Shown: positions 7,569-18,300 of the stretch, one piece after another
How positions within the stretch are numbered: position 1 is the stretch's first letter
Layout of the letters: each line of letters starts with the position of its first letter
Source of the DNA: a virus
Taxonomy: Duplodnaviria; Caudoviricetes
Virus record (IMG/VR): IMGVR_UViG_3300023174_000048
Location: 32,001 to 96,000 of that record
DNA: 64,000 nt
Direction: 5' to 3' (one strand)
Program-made: the position numbers and the translations under genes
The notes under the pieces: generated by a model
The model's database searches: none
What the model saw: only the letters and a program-made list of their open reading frames with translations
Told to the model about the DNA's origin: nothing

Positions 7569-8747
7569 ATGTTTAAGATGGAACTTGGTTTTAATCCGTA
7601 TGATAAGGCTAATAGCAGTGCTGAAAAGCGTTATGCTAATTCGTGGAATGGACTGCAAGAGCAGTTTCTAAATTCTTTTAATCTAAATGCTGGTCATATC
7701 TTTTGCTACAATGGAGATCCTCGTAGAAAGATTAGTAGCATGAAACATACTAATGATCTTGTTGAGGTTCGTAATGCTAACGAGAATAGCAACTCTGATG
7801 CTTATTTCTATGTTAATGGTGGACGAAAGCAGTATGCTATCAACACTATTGCTTGTTGCTTTGTGGATATTGATGCTGGACGAGATGATGCTGGAAACTA
7901 TCTACCTTCAAAAGAGGTTATGAAGTTTAAGCAGTCCTCTCTTGACAAGATCAATAATTTTCCTGTTAAGCCAAGTTGGGTAGTAGATACTCGTAATGGT
8001 TATCAGATTTATTGGATTATGGATGATCAAAGTCGAACTCTGATTAATCAAACCACATGGAATGGTATTCAGAAGAAACTGGTAAATTACTTTGGTGGAG
8101 ATGCACGAGCCATCAAGATCAATCAGATTTATCGAGTTCCTTATACTTGGTGGCGTAAGTGCTGGGAAAAGAAGGCGTCTTACTTTACCAGTATTCTGAA
8201 CGGCTCAACTGGTCAGAGCGTTAATGTTCAAGATTTAATCTCTGCATTAAATGGTCAACCAGCAACAGTAACCATTGTTCCTAATGCTACTAGTGACGCT
8301 TGGTTTGACCAGTGGAGAAAAACCTATAAGAAGTCTGATGCTACTGGACTTCCAGTAACTGTTGATGCTGCTACAAAGATTCTGAATGAACTTAATAGTC
8401 AGAGGGCTACTTATACAAATAGCAGTGCTGATTATTGTGGTCAAAAGAACTCTATGAGTAGTGCTTGGGCGTCTTATAATCAGACTCCAAATAGTGACAA
8501 CGAGTATCTTTCAAAGGTTTATAACATCAAGTATGAAAAGGCTTATGGTGATCCGTCGCCGGTATTGCCTTCTCATGCTGGTGACAGTGGTTTAGTTTTG
8601 AGTGGGGAGCAGGCCAAACTTTTAAAAACGGTGGTCGAGTACCTCAATCAAGCGTCCACAGCGTTGTATTTCAGCAACAACCGATTCCTTTCTGGTGCTG
8701 CCAGAGACTTGGCAAGCCAGATTAGTGATAAATTTTGTGTGGGTTGA
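7569..8747 (+). CDS. RepB-like DNA primase (AEP superfamily)
   Basis: YFYVNGG, FVDIDAG (DxD), PSWVVDTRNGYQIYW, D...KINQIYRVP. Confidence 0.75.
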   Translation: MFKMELGFNPYDKANSSAEKRYANSWNGLQEQFLNSFNLNAGHIFCYNGDPRRKISSMKHTNDLVEVRNANENSNSDAYFYVNGGRKQYAINTIACCFVDIDAGRDDAGNYLPSKEVMKFKQSSLDKINNFPVKPSWVVDTRNGYQIYWIMDDQSRTLINQTTWNGIQKKLVNYFGGDARAIKINQIYRVPYTWWRKCWEKKASYFTSILNGSTGQSVNVQDLISALNGQPATVTIVPNATSDAWFDQWRKTYKKSDATGLPVTVDAATKILNELNSQRATYTNSSADYCGQKNSMSSAWASYNQTPNSDNEYLSKVYNIKYEKAYGDPSPVLPSHAGDSGLVLSGEQAKLLKTVVEYLNQASTALYFSNNRFLSGAARDLASQISDKFCVG

Positions 8748-8749
8748 AA

Positions 8750-9160
8750 ATGACAGACAAAGATCCAGAAAATAATGATCCTTACAAATTCTACTTTCAG
8801 ATAGATACTGAATGGGTCAAGAAATATATGGATAGTCTGATTAATAAGATAGAATATAAATGGATAACTAAGGAAGTTATAGAGGATGCTTTAAAGAACC
8901 TACCTAACTATAATACTCCGTTACTTCCAGATGGATTTTCTCCGATTGCGTTACCTGTGAGTAGTTGGCTCTCCAGTACAGTGGACGATAAAAAGTCCCT
9001 GTACTTGGGGAACAACTATTGGAATGAAGGAATATGGAAAATGAAGTATTTTGTCTATAATAAACTACAGAAAGATTATGAATTACATTTACAAGCTCAT
9101 GCTAAACATGTGGTTAGTCAGCCAAGATATTACGAATGTTTATTTGAAATACTTAATTAG
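8750..9160 (+). CDS. hypothetical protein
   Basis: ORF; ATG 8750 follows the primase stop. Confidence 0.65.
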   Translation: MTDKDPENNDPYKFYFQIDTEWVKKYMDSLINKIEYKWITKEVIEDALKNLPNYNTPLLPDGFSPIALPVSSWLSSTVDDKKSLYLGNNYWNEGIWKMKYFVYNKLQKDYELHLQAHAKHVVSQPRYYECLFEILN

Positions 9161-9168
9161 GATATTGT

Positions 9169-9612
9169 ATGAAAGATAAATCGTATATAATTCACGACAT
9201 GGATGCGTTTACTAATCATGTTAGAGTATTAGTGTATAATGCTTTTGGTAGTGGCTTATCAGAAGATAAAGAAGACAAAGAAGATCCAGAAATTGACGAT
9301 CTAATCTCTGTTAAGCCAGAAGATAAGGACGAGTTGGATAAAATATTATCTTTTGAAGAGTCTCTAAATATAGTAAATCATATAGTTAAAAAACAAAAAA
9401 ACAAAAAGACAAACAATATACGATACGTGGTAAATGATAGTATATTTTTGCAAGTATTAGAGTCTCTTAATGATAGAATGGTAAGCAACCTACTAAATAA
9501 TTTGGTAAACAAAGGAATTCTTGAAACAGGATTTGATAATGAAACTAATGATTTCCTGTTTTGGATAAAAGACAATGATAACAAAAAATCTGAAAAGCCA
9601 GAAACCGATTGA
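9169..9612 (+). CDS. hypothetical protein (acidic; possible winged-helix C-terminus)
   Basis: AGGA SD; LNNLVNKGILETGFD resembles a wHTH end. Confidence 0.65.
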   Translation: MKDKSYIIHDMDAFTNHVRVLVYNAFGSGLSEDKEDKEDPEIDDLISVKPEDKDELDKILSFEESLNIVNHIVKKQKNKKTNNIRYVVNDSIFLQVLESLNDRMVSNLLNNLVNKGILETGFDNETNDFLFWIKDNDNKKSEKPETD

Positions 9613-9985
9613 AATTGATGCTTCATTTAAATATAAATGTCCATCTGAGGATTGTGAAAATGAACATTGGCTCTTTCTAAGACAAGCACAGGTTAAGAAC
9701 TTTAAGATAGTCTGCGAGTGCGGTTTGATTTTCAAACCTAAACAGGTCAAAAACATTAAAATAATTTACGAAAAGCCCACAAAGAAACGAAAGATCGCAG
9801 AAGATATTGTGGATAGTATTCCTGTTGATCTATTGAACCAGTGTGCTAAGATTCTGTCTGGTTACGGATTTGATTTGGATGAGTCTAAAGAATTGATTAA
9901 ACAATCATATAATTCTTGCAAGACTAACGATATTGGTTTATTAGTTAAAAACGCTTTAAAATCTTTTGGAGAAAAAAATGGCTAA
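9575..9985 (+). CDS. Zn-ribbon protein with RuvA domain III-like C-terminus
   Basis: CPSEDC...CECG Zn ligands; C-terminal QCAKILSGYGFDLDESKELIKQS...DIGLLVKNALKSF resembles RuvA_C; overlaps the ruvB start. Confidence 0.6.
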   Translation: MITKNLKSQKPIEIDASFKYKCPSEDCENEHWLFLRQAQVKNFKIVCECGLIFKPKQVKNIKIIYEKPTKKRKIAEDIVDSIPVDLLNQCAKILSGYGFDLDESKELIKQSYNSCKTNDIGLLVKNALKSFGEKNG

Positions 9986-10889
9986 AGGTATTCGACCATC
10001 AACTTTTGATGAAATCATTGGACAGGATAATGTTAAGGAGCGTCTGCGAGTGTCTGTGATGGGTTGTAAAAACACAGGCACGGTGATGCCTCACGTTTTA
10101 ATAGACGGCCCTCCTGGCCTTGGTAAGACCACCATAGCGAGTGCCATAGCAAACGAGTTGGGGGTGAACCTTTATACCACCAATGCTGCAAATATACGAA
10201 GCATAAAAAACATTATTCCATATATTATGGGGATTGAACCAAGATCAGTTTTGTTCATTGATGAAATCCATAGATTGCCTAAAATTGTAGAAGAATTTCT
10301 ATATCCAATCATGGAAGATTTTGTACTCAATATCACTGTAAAAAATGATGAGGATAAAGACGTTCCAGAAACTATTGATCTTCCAATGTTTACTGTTGTT
10401 GGTGCTACAACCAGTGGTGGAAGTTTAAGTCAACCATTTTATGATCGCTTTTGCATTAAAGAACATCTATCTTTTTACAATACAGATGATCTAGCTAAAC
10501 TAGCAAGGTTGAATTCGTCTAAATTAGGAGTAGTCATAGAGGACTCAGACCTCTTAGAGATTGCACGACGAAGCAAAGGTACTCCAAGAATTCTAAATGC
10601 TAGATTGCAATGGTATAAAAATTATATGTCTTGTAATCCAGATAAAACTATTTCTGTGGATGAGATATTTAATGTTCAGGGTATTGATAATAATGGTCTT
10701 GATGTTTATGATAGACTATATATTGATATTTTGAAAAAGAGTAAGGGATCTCCACTTGGACTGAAAGCAATATCTTCAATGACAGGAATTGCTATTGAAA
10801 CTATTGAGAATAGTATTGAGCCATTTCTAGTTAGACGAGGATATGTAATCAGAACTCAAAAGGGGAGAGTTTTAGGATCTCAACCATAA
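9978..10889 (+). CDS. ruvB: Holliday junction branch migration ATPase RuvB
   Basis: IRPSTFDEIIGQ, Walker A GPPGLGKT, Walker B LFIDEIHRL, GATT, PFYDRF, GTPR, IEPFLV..GYVIRT.KGR. Confidence 0.93.
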   Translation: MAKGIRPSTFDEIIGQDNVKERLRVSVMGCKNTGTVMPHVLIDGPPGLGKTTIASAIANELGVNLYTTNAANIRSIKNIIPYIMGIEPRSVLFIDEIHRLPKIVEEFLYPIMEDFVLNITVKNDEDKDVPETIDLPMFTVVGATTSGGSLSQPFYDRFCIKEHLSFYNTDDLAKLARLNSSKLGVVIEDSDLLEIARRSKGTPRILNARLQWYKNYMSCNPDKTISVDEIFNVQGIDNNGLDVYDRLYIDILKKSKGSPLGLKAISSMTGIAIETIENSIEPFLVRRGYVIRTQKGRVLGSQP

Positions 10890-10926
10890 TAATTTGATAT
10901 CAATAAATATATAATGCTAAGATACT

Positions 10927-10952
10927 AAAGGGGCCTTTTTGGCCCCTTTTTT
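10927..10952 (+). terminator. intrinsic terminator
   Basis: AAAGGGGCC-TTTTT-GGCCCC followed by TTTTTT, after ruvB. Confidence 0.85.
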
Positions 10953-10963
10953 ATTGGTATGGT

Positions 10964-10970
10964 GGTGTAA
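10964..10970 (+). promoter_or_regulatory. GGTGTA motif
   Basis: Immediately after the terminator, about 20 nt before ORF 10989. Confidence 0.45.
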
Positions 10971-10988
10971 TCTACCTTAGAGGATACT

Positions 10989-11300
10989 ATGGCAGATACT
11001 ATATACATACTATTAATTATATTGATACTATTAAATATAGTATTTTTCTTTTTGGGATACTTCCTTGGTCGATTAAATAGTAGTCAGACCACTATTGGGA
11101 GTCAGCCGGTTTCATTTTTTGATAAGAGCAAATCAAATAATGATAATTCTATTAATAAAATTACTATTGACGAGAGCAAGTATGTAACAGATATTAAGAC
11201 ATCTGGTATGGAGAAAAAATACGAAAATCTTGGCGAAACAAAAATATCTACAGAAAATATAGAGTCTTCAATTAATAAACTTAAGAATATAAAGAGGTAA
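10989..11300 (+). CDS. N-terminally membrane-anchored protein
   Basis: Hydrophobic residues 5-26 followed by a polar domain; upstream of the actin-like gene. Confidence 0.75.
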   Translation: MADTIYILLIILILLNIVFFFLGYFLGRLNSSQTTIGSQPVSFFDKSKSNNDNSINKITIDESKYVTDIKTSGMEKKYENLGETKISTENIESSINKLKNIKR

Positions 11301-11305
11301 TATTT

Positions 11306-12307
11306 ATGGGAAAAGGCTTAGATGTTGGAACTAGTTATATTGTATTATCTCAAGACTCTTCTAGTGGCGTTGTATACAAAGATTTTAGAGATGCTTTTTA
11401 TATTATCAAGCCAACCACCCCAGTTTCAACAAAAATGATTGAAAAAGGATTATCTGGAAAGATTTTTATTAAAGATACTGATGGTTCATTCATTATCTTG
11501 GGGAAAGATGCTATTGAAAAGGCTATTGAACGTAATGACAACGCAAAACGACCCATGAGCAAAGGCGTCGTATCCGCCAAGGAAAAGGATGCCAAGCGTG
11601 TTCTAGCCTTCATTTTAAAAGAAGTGGCCGGACAGGCATCAGAACAAAATGAGAAACTCGTATTCTGCGTCCCAGCACAACCAGTTGACCAAGAAGATGA
11701 GGATTTTGATGTTGGATATCATGAGGATGTAGTCAAGGCTATTTTGGGTGAATGTGGATATGATGCTAGAGCAATTAATGAAGCAGAGGCTTTATGCTAT
11801 GCTGAATTAGGCGACGAAGATTACACTGGAATAGCAGTATCATGTGGGGCAGGAATGACTAATGTGTGTGTGATGTTAAATGGCGAACCAACAGTTGTAT
11901 TTAGCACAACAAAATCTGGAGATTGGGTTGATCGTATGAGTGCGGTAGCCACTGGCGAAAAAGATAGTGTTGTGCAAGCTGAAAAAGAAGGTGGTGGATT
12001 TGTGATTGGTGAACATAATGATAATCCAGTTTTATCAGCAGTATCTTCATACTATGAGAGATTAATCGATTATACAACAAAGCAATTAACTGTTGCATTA
12101 TCTGGTCATAAGGCTTTGCCAAAATTTAAAAACCCATTAACTATTGTGGTTGCTGGAGGAACGTCTCAAGCAAAAGGATATATTGAGATTTTTACTAAAA
12201 AATTATCAGAAAATAACTTTCCTTTATCAATTAAAGTAGTCAAGCATGCTTCAGACCCCTTACATGCTGTATCAAAAGGATGTTTAATAGCAGCAAAGGT
12301 ATTATGA
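11306..12307 (+). CDS. actin-fold ATPase (MreB/ParM/FtsA/MamK superfamily)
   Basis: Phosphate-1 GLDVGTS, connect-1 INEAEAL, phosphate-2 VSCGAGMT, adenosine VVAGGTSQAKG, connect-2 DPLHAVSKG. Confidence 0.85.
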   Translation: MGKGLDVGTSYIVLSQDSSSGVVYKDFRDAFYIIKPTTPVSTKMIEKGLSGKIFIKDTDGSFIILGKDAIEKAIERNDNAKRPMSKGVVSAKEKDAKRVLAFILKEVAGQASEQNEKLVFCVPAQPVDQEDEDFDVGYHEDVVKAILGECGYDARAINEAEALCYAELGDEDYTGIAVSCGAGMTNVCVMLNGEPTVVFSTTKSGDWVDRMSAVATGEKDSVVQAEKEGGGFVIGEHNDNPVLSAVSSYYERLIDYTTKQLTVALSGHKALPKFKNPLTIVVAGGTSQAKGYIEIFTKKLSENNFPLSIKVVKHASDPLHAVSKGCLIAAKVL

Positions 12308-12308
12308 G

Positions 12309-15300
12309 ATGGTTGACAATATCAAAATTATTGGATTAAATCCTAATCAAAGTCCAACGCCAACAAAAAGTGTTACTCCAACACCTACAAAAACACCTAC
12401 AAACACTCCAACAAATACTATAACTCCGACAAAAAGTCAAACACCAACAGCAACCCCGACAGTAACATCAACAGTAACTCCCACCAAAACAGCCACAAGA
12501 ACACCTACAAAATCTTTATGTGTATGGAATGGATATGGCCAAGTATGGTTAGCTAACTGTAATAATGAGAAAATTAATGTTCGTTGGATTAGAACTTCTA
12601 ATAATAACAACTGGACTGGAACATTTAATTATGGCTCAAACAGCATAACATCAACAATAACATATAATGCAAATTTATTAAATTTAAAAAATACAAGTTG
12701 CAAAGATTTATGGACAGTAACTTTTAATTTTAGTTGTGTTCCTTATGGTCAATCTTTAGCATATGATTTACCTCATTGTTCATGTAATAGTCCTGGAATT
12801 ATTGTAATTAGTAGTTCAGCATCTAACTGTATGTGTACTACTCCAACACCAACTCCAACAATTACAGCAACAAATACTCAAACACCAACCCCCACACCAA
12901 CAAATACTCAAACAAAAACTCCCACACCAAGCAATACGGTTACGCCAACTCCCACACCAACAACAACCCAAACAAAAACTCCAACACCAAGTAATACTGT
13001 TACGCCAACTCCCACAATTACTGTAACACGAACAAGCGGTCTGACAAAAACGCCAACCCCAACACCAACAGTAACTCCAACTACAACACAGTGCTATCCA
13101 GATGTTCCTACGGGATTATTAGCAGAATGTGGTTCATGTGAGTCTGGCTCATTAATTAATTTAAGTTGGTTCCCTCCAACATCATCTTGTTTAAATGGAT
13201 TTGACGTACAAATGTTGGTAAATAATACTATTGTATATAATACATATGTAGTCGCGGGGCAAAATAGTATTGGAATACCATTATTTTCAGACAATAGAAC
13301 TTACACATTTAGAATACGATCTTCTTCTGGCTTTGGAGGTAATAATTTTAGTCAATGGATAGAATTCCCTGGATCCTTTACTAATAATATCTGTTGCCCA
13401 ACTAGTACTCCAACTCCAACACCAACACCAACTAAAAATCTAAAGTGTAATAATTCATGGCCAAATATCCCAAGTGCGGGAGTATCGCCGGGATCTATTA
13501 TTGGATTAACATCTGGAGCTATATGGGCAGCTGTTTCTTACTGGAAATATCCATTTAGATTTATAAAAGATAGGAATGTAACAAACGACCAGAGTACTAA
13601 TGGTATAAATTTTATTATTGGAGAACAAATATTAGTAAGAGTAGCACCGTTTTATGATGTCCTTCTTGGTATTCCAGGAAATTATATAATAAATAATATT
13701 GTATATAATGAAGATTATTCAGGAATGTTTACTGCTGACACTCTATATGTCTCATGTTTAGATACTGATTTAACTTTTACAGATACTTATGTATTAAATT
13801 TTATTGATGAATCACAGCCAAATTATACTGATACCCAATATGGCAATCTGGTTGGAAATCTCTGGCCTGTTGATGTAAAATACTTCAACGAATCAGTATC
13901 ACCATCGGCTCGTAAATTTGTGGCAGCTTTTGACATTGATACCAATTATGAGGTAGCAAATCCATCACAAGGCTGGGGTGAGATTTGGCCGTCTGGTGCT
14001 GTTGGCGACATAGCAAATAGTCTATGCTCTTTACCAATACCCAAACAAAACATTATTCAAACTTCTAGACCAACTCCAGAATCACAAAATATATTTTTAA
14101 ATTATGTACAAAATCAAATCGTAAACACATTGCAATGGGGTACATTTGATGAAATAAAAAGTAATTCTCCAAATGCTAAATTTGTTCTTATTGTGGATGA
14201 TAGCGGATCTATGACATATGAGTTGGTCCAAACTGCTCTTGAATCTTTAAAAAGTATTATACTTGCAGCTGGCCTTGATTGTGTAATATTAACACTATGT
14301 AAAAACGAAAGATGGCTACAGTGGTCTGCTTACGTTTTAAATAATATAACAACTATTCATGACCCTAATTTTAAAGAAGATATGTGTAACTGTTCATTAC
14401 GCTTTGAAGATAGTGATGGATGTTCAGTTATGGTTGAATTTACCAATCCATATGATGGATCTATTATACGCCAAGATGGATCTGCCGCAAGTCCACTACA
14501 ATATTGGTCTATACATCCTATGTTATCTTCTGGAAATTGTCCAGCACCTTTAGATAGGAGAGATCCATTTGATGCTACTGGTATTACAATATTAAGTTAT
14601 AGGATATCCAATCTTATTTCTCCTGTTCCTGGCGGATCTTCCTCAGATACTGATAATATAAATATTACAGCAAAATTAAAATGTAAAAATGGTACATTTA
14701 TGCTTGATGTAGTATCTGATTATGCTTTTTGGGAAACTTGTACTGGTGGAACCAGTAGTAGTGATCATGCTTATTTATATTGGGATAATATAGAAATACC
14801 AGTTAATGGTCTTGGCTATCCAGATGGTGTTGTTAATTTGGGAGATCCAACTAGAGCTGAGACATGCTTTAATCAAGATATAGAACTCAAACCATATGAT
14901 AATATTAATATTAAATTTACTTATATTGGAACAGATATTATTCCAAATAATCCATGTGAACCATATAGAAATTCTGCAAATTTTAATAGTTCTGCTGACT
15001 GGGGTGGTCAAAATGGTAATATTACTACAGTAGGAACTAACGGTAGCCCTAGTTATTATGGTACATATGATCAAAGTGGTAATGTGAATGAATGGATAGA
15101 TGGAATAGGAGAAAAATTAGTTCGTGGAGGAGGCTATCCAGGATTATTAAGTAATCAAAACTCTGCAAATCGTGGACAACGTAGACAAACGTTTAATTCT
15201 TCGCAGGGCTCTTTAGGTTTTAGAGTAGCGTCTAGCTCACCAGGACCATCATTAGTAAAAATAGGAAATCCGGGTAATATTAATGATTCAACAGGATACG

Positions 15301-18300
15301 GGGCGGTTGCTGTTGATTACTATATCGGAAAATATGAAATTACTAATAGTGATTATATAGAATTTTTAAATGCAGTTGCTAAACAAGATACTCATTATTT
15401 ATATAACAGTCAACTTGAAACCAATATTCGAAGCGGAATAGTGCGTCAAGGAATTGATAGCAATTATTTTTATAGCGCTAAAGATAATATGTGTAATAAA
15501 CCAATTAATTTTGTGAGTTGGTTCAATGCTGCGAGATATTGCAACTGGCTGCATAATGGTAAACCAACTGGACCTCAAAATAGTAACACAACAGAAGATG
15601 GAGCATACTCTCTTTCTTCGATAGATTCTGATAATCCTATTATATATAAAAATAATAATGCTAAGTATTGGATACCAACAGAAAATGAATGGTATAAGGC
15701 AGCGTACTATAGTCCAGTAAAAAGAGGGGTTAACTCGCCAGGATATTATACCTACTCTACACAGAGCGACACAGAACCATCTTCCATATCCGCCAATAGC
15801 GTAGGAAATGGAAATGCAAGAATTAGTGATTATACATGTTCTGTTCCTACTATCACAGCCACTCCAACCCCCACATCAACAGTAACTCCAACACCAACGC
15901 AAACATTACCAGATAATTTAATGCGAATAAATAATCTATCATTCTGTGAAGACAATAGTGAAATTGGCGCGGCTATTATAGTTACTTGGAATATAATAAA
16001 TAGTGATATAAATCTTAATCAAATCTATTGTTTGGCATATCAAAAATACCCTGGAGATGATTGGACATATTATAAGTCATTAAATGGCAATATAAAATAT
16101 TATACAATAAATGGTAGTGAGATTAAAATAACTCAAAATTTTAATATGTTCGGCGGACCAGATATAATACCATATGGCATAAGATTGGTTTTGGTACCAA
16201 ATGAATTAGCTTATAATTTTGTTTTTTCATTAAACGAGACAGATACTACAGGATGTCTTGTGTCTGAAGCTTTTAATAGTTCACTATTGTGTTTTACTCC
16301 AACCCCCACATCAACAGTAACTCCAACGCCAGGATTAACTAGAACACCTACACCAACTCCAACTCCAACAAGTATGTCTAAAAGCTGTTATTCTGTTAAA
16401 GATGTTTGTTGTTGTATATATAGTACTCAAGAAGATAATAATATATTAAACGGTCTTCTTACATGGACACCCATAGATTCTACATGCAAGTTTGATCGTT
16501 ATCAGATTGCTCAATATGATTCTATTACTAATATTTGGCGAATGTTATTTAGCTTGGATCGTTCGTATAATAGTTGTCCAATACAGATATCTACTAATAT
16601 GTTATATTCTAAATTTAGAATAAAACCAATAAATATTACTTATGGTCTAGTAGGCGATTGGGTAGAATCTAAAGACATAAGTAGCACAGGACCAATATGC
16701 AATGGAGATTCATGTGACAATAAGGTTTCTGTTTATAACGTATCTGCACAATGTAACTGTGGAGTCATAGGAACAGAGTCATCAAATAATCAGTCTAGTA
16801 TATTAGATAATTCAATTTTAGTAAATTTTAAATGTAATGATAATGATATTACAGCATTCACTATAGACTATATAGCATCATCATCACAAAATTATTATCA
16901 ACCAGAAACAAAATTTTCTTTTCCTATAGAATCAAAACTACTAACTGACACTATAAGTTCTAATGTTTTAGAATTAGAATATAATAATCAATTTAAAAAA
17001 AGTATAATTACTAGTTACTCATACATTACCATTAATAATATTAAATATAATATTATATCTTCTAATATTTTTATTGATAAAGTTGTAATTAATATATCAC
17101 AAAGAGTTAACATATCTGCTGGATCAATAGTTTTTGTAGAACAATGGGCAACAGCAGGATTAATCGATCAATCTATGACTATAGAAAATTTAACTAGAAA
17201 TTCTGATAATTCTATAAGCTTTAAAGCGCGCCCTAATACCAGTAATCAGTTTATTATTTTTGATCCTTGCTTACCAACTATTAGAATTGGAGCCCTTGGT
17301 ATAGACAGAAGTATCAATGGATTCCAACAACAGCTTGATAGTCTAAAAACTATAGCAAATACAACATTATGTACTAATGACATGGCAGTAGCTGCTCCGA
17401 TAGACTTAACAATTCAATGCGATAAGATAAACAATCAATCAACAGTATTATTTAGTTGGACTCCTCCAACTGACATTAACGGAATAACAACATATCAATT
17501 GGATGCTTATAATCCAAGTTTTGGCTGGTATAGTGATACAGCTGGGTATATGGATCAGATTGTATGGAAGAATAGATATCCTATAAGAGATCCATACGAC
17601 AATACTTTTGAAATTAGTGTTATAGGAAGAAATAATATTCCCAATAAAATGGCCTTATTATCTTCTGAGTTTGGTACTAATTTAAATCTTAATTATTCAT
17701 TTAGAATAAGGTCATTAAATGAATATACTGGAGAATATAGTAGTTGGAGCAATGTGATAGCGGGTATAAATCCATTTAAATGTTGGGATCATGGAATACA
17801 CATCTCAGACATAATGGTTGGAGACGAAGGTTTTTCTGATAAGTCTAGACAATTTACTATAACTTTTGATCAAAATATAGGCTGTTGGAAAAACTTCCAA
17901 TATAAAACATATAATCCTAACACTGTCAGTTCTGCACAATGGATTGATGTAAAAACACAAACATCAGCAACAACAGATTGTTCACAATTCATTACTAATG
18001 TAATTATACCAGATGTAGATTCATCAATTTGCTTTAAGTTCTATTCTGTAGACTCTGGCGGGAATACAGTCGAAACTAGTAATGAATATTGCTTAAGTGT
18101 TCCTCCTGTTATTCCTCCAATTATTGATCCTCCTCCTCCGGTATGTCCAGATACAGTATTGAGTAGTATAAGGGTGATGTATAGTAATACTAACGGTAAA
18201 GGTCCGTGTGGAGGTGGGCATAATTGTAATAGAGCACAATTTATTTTATCTATTAATGATATTTTTATAGGAAATGTTAATCTTAATAATGCTGGTGGAG

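Noticed and set aside
8700-12300. Replication terminus or origin inferred from the T-ending to A-ending codon shift
   Set aside because: Cannot be separated by eye from expression-class codon bias; needs cumulative GC/AT skew over the whole genome.
14970-15830. Diversity-generating retroelement (FGE/C-lectin target)
   Set aside because: No reverse transcriptase and no TR/VR pair differing at adenines seen in the window; one elsewhere in the genome cannot be excluded.
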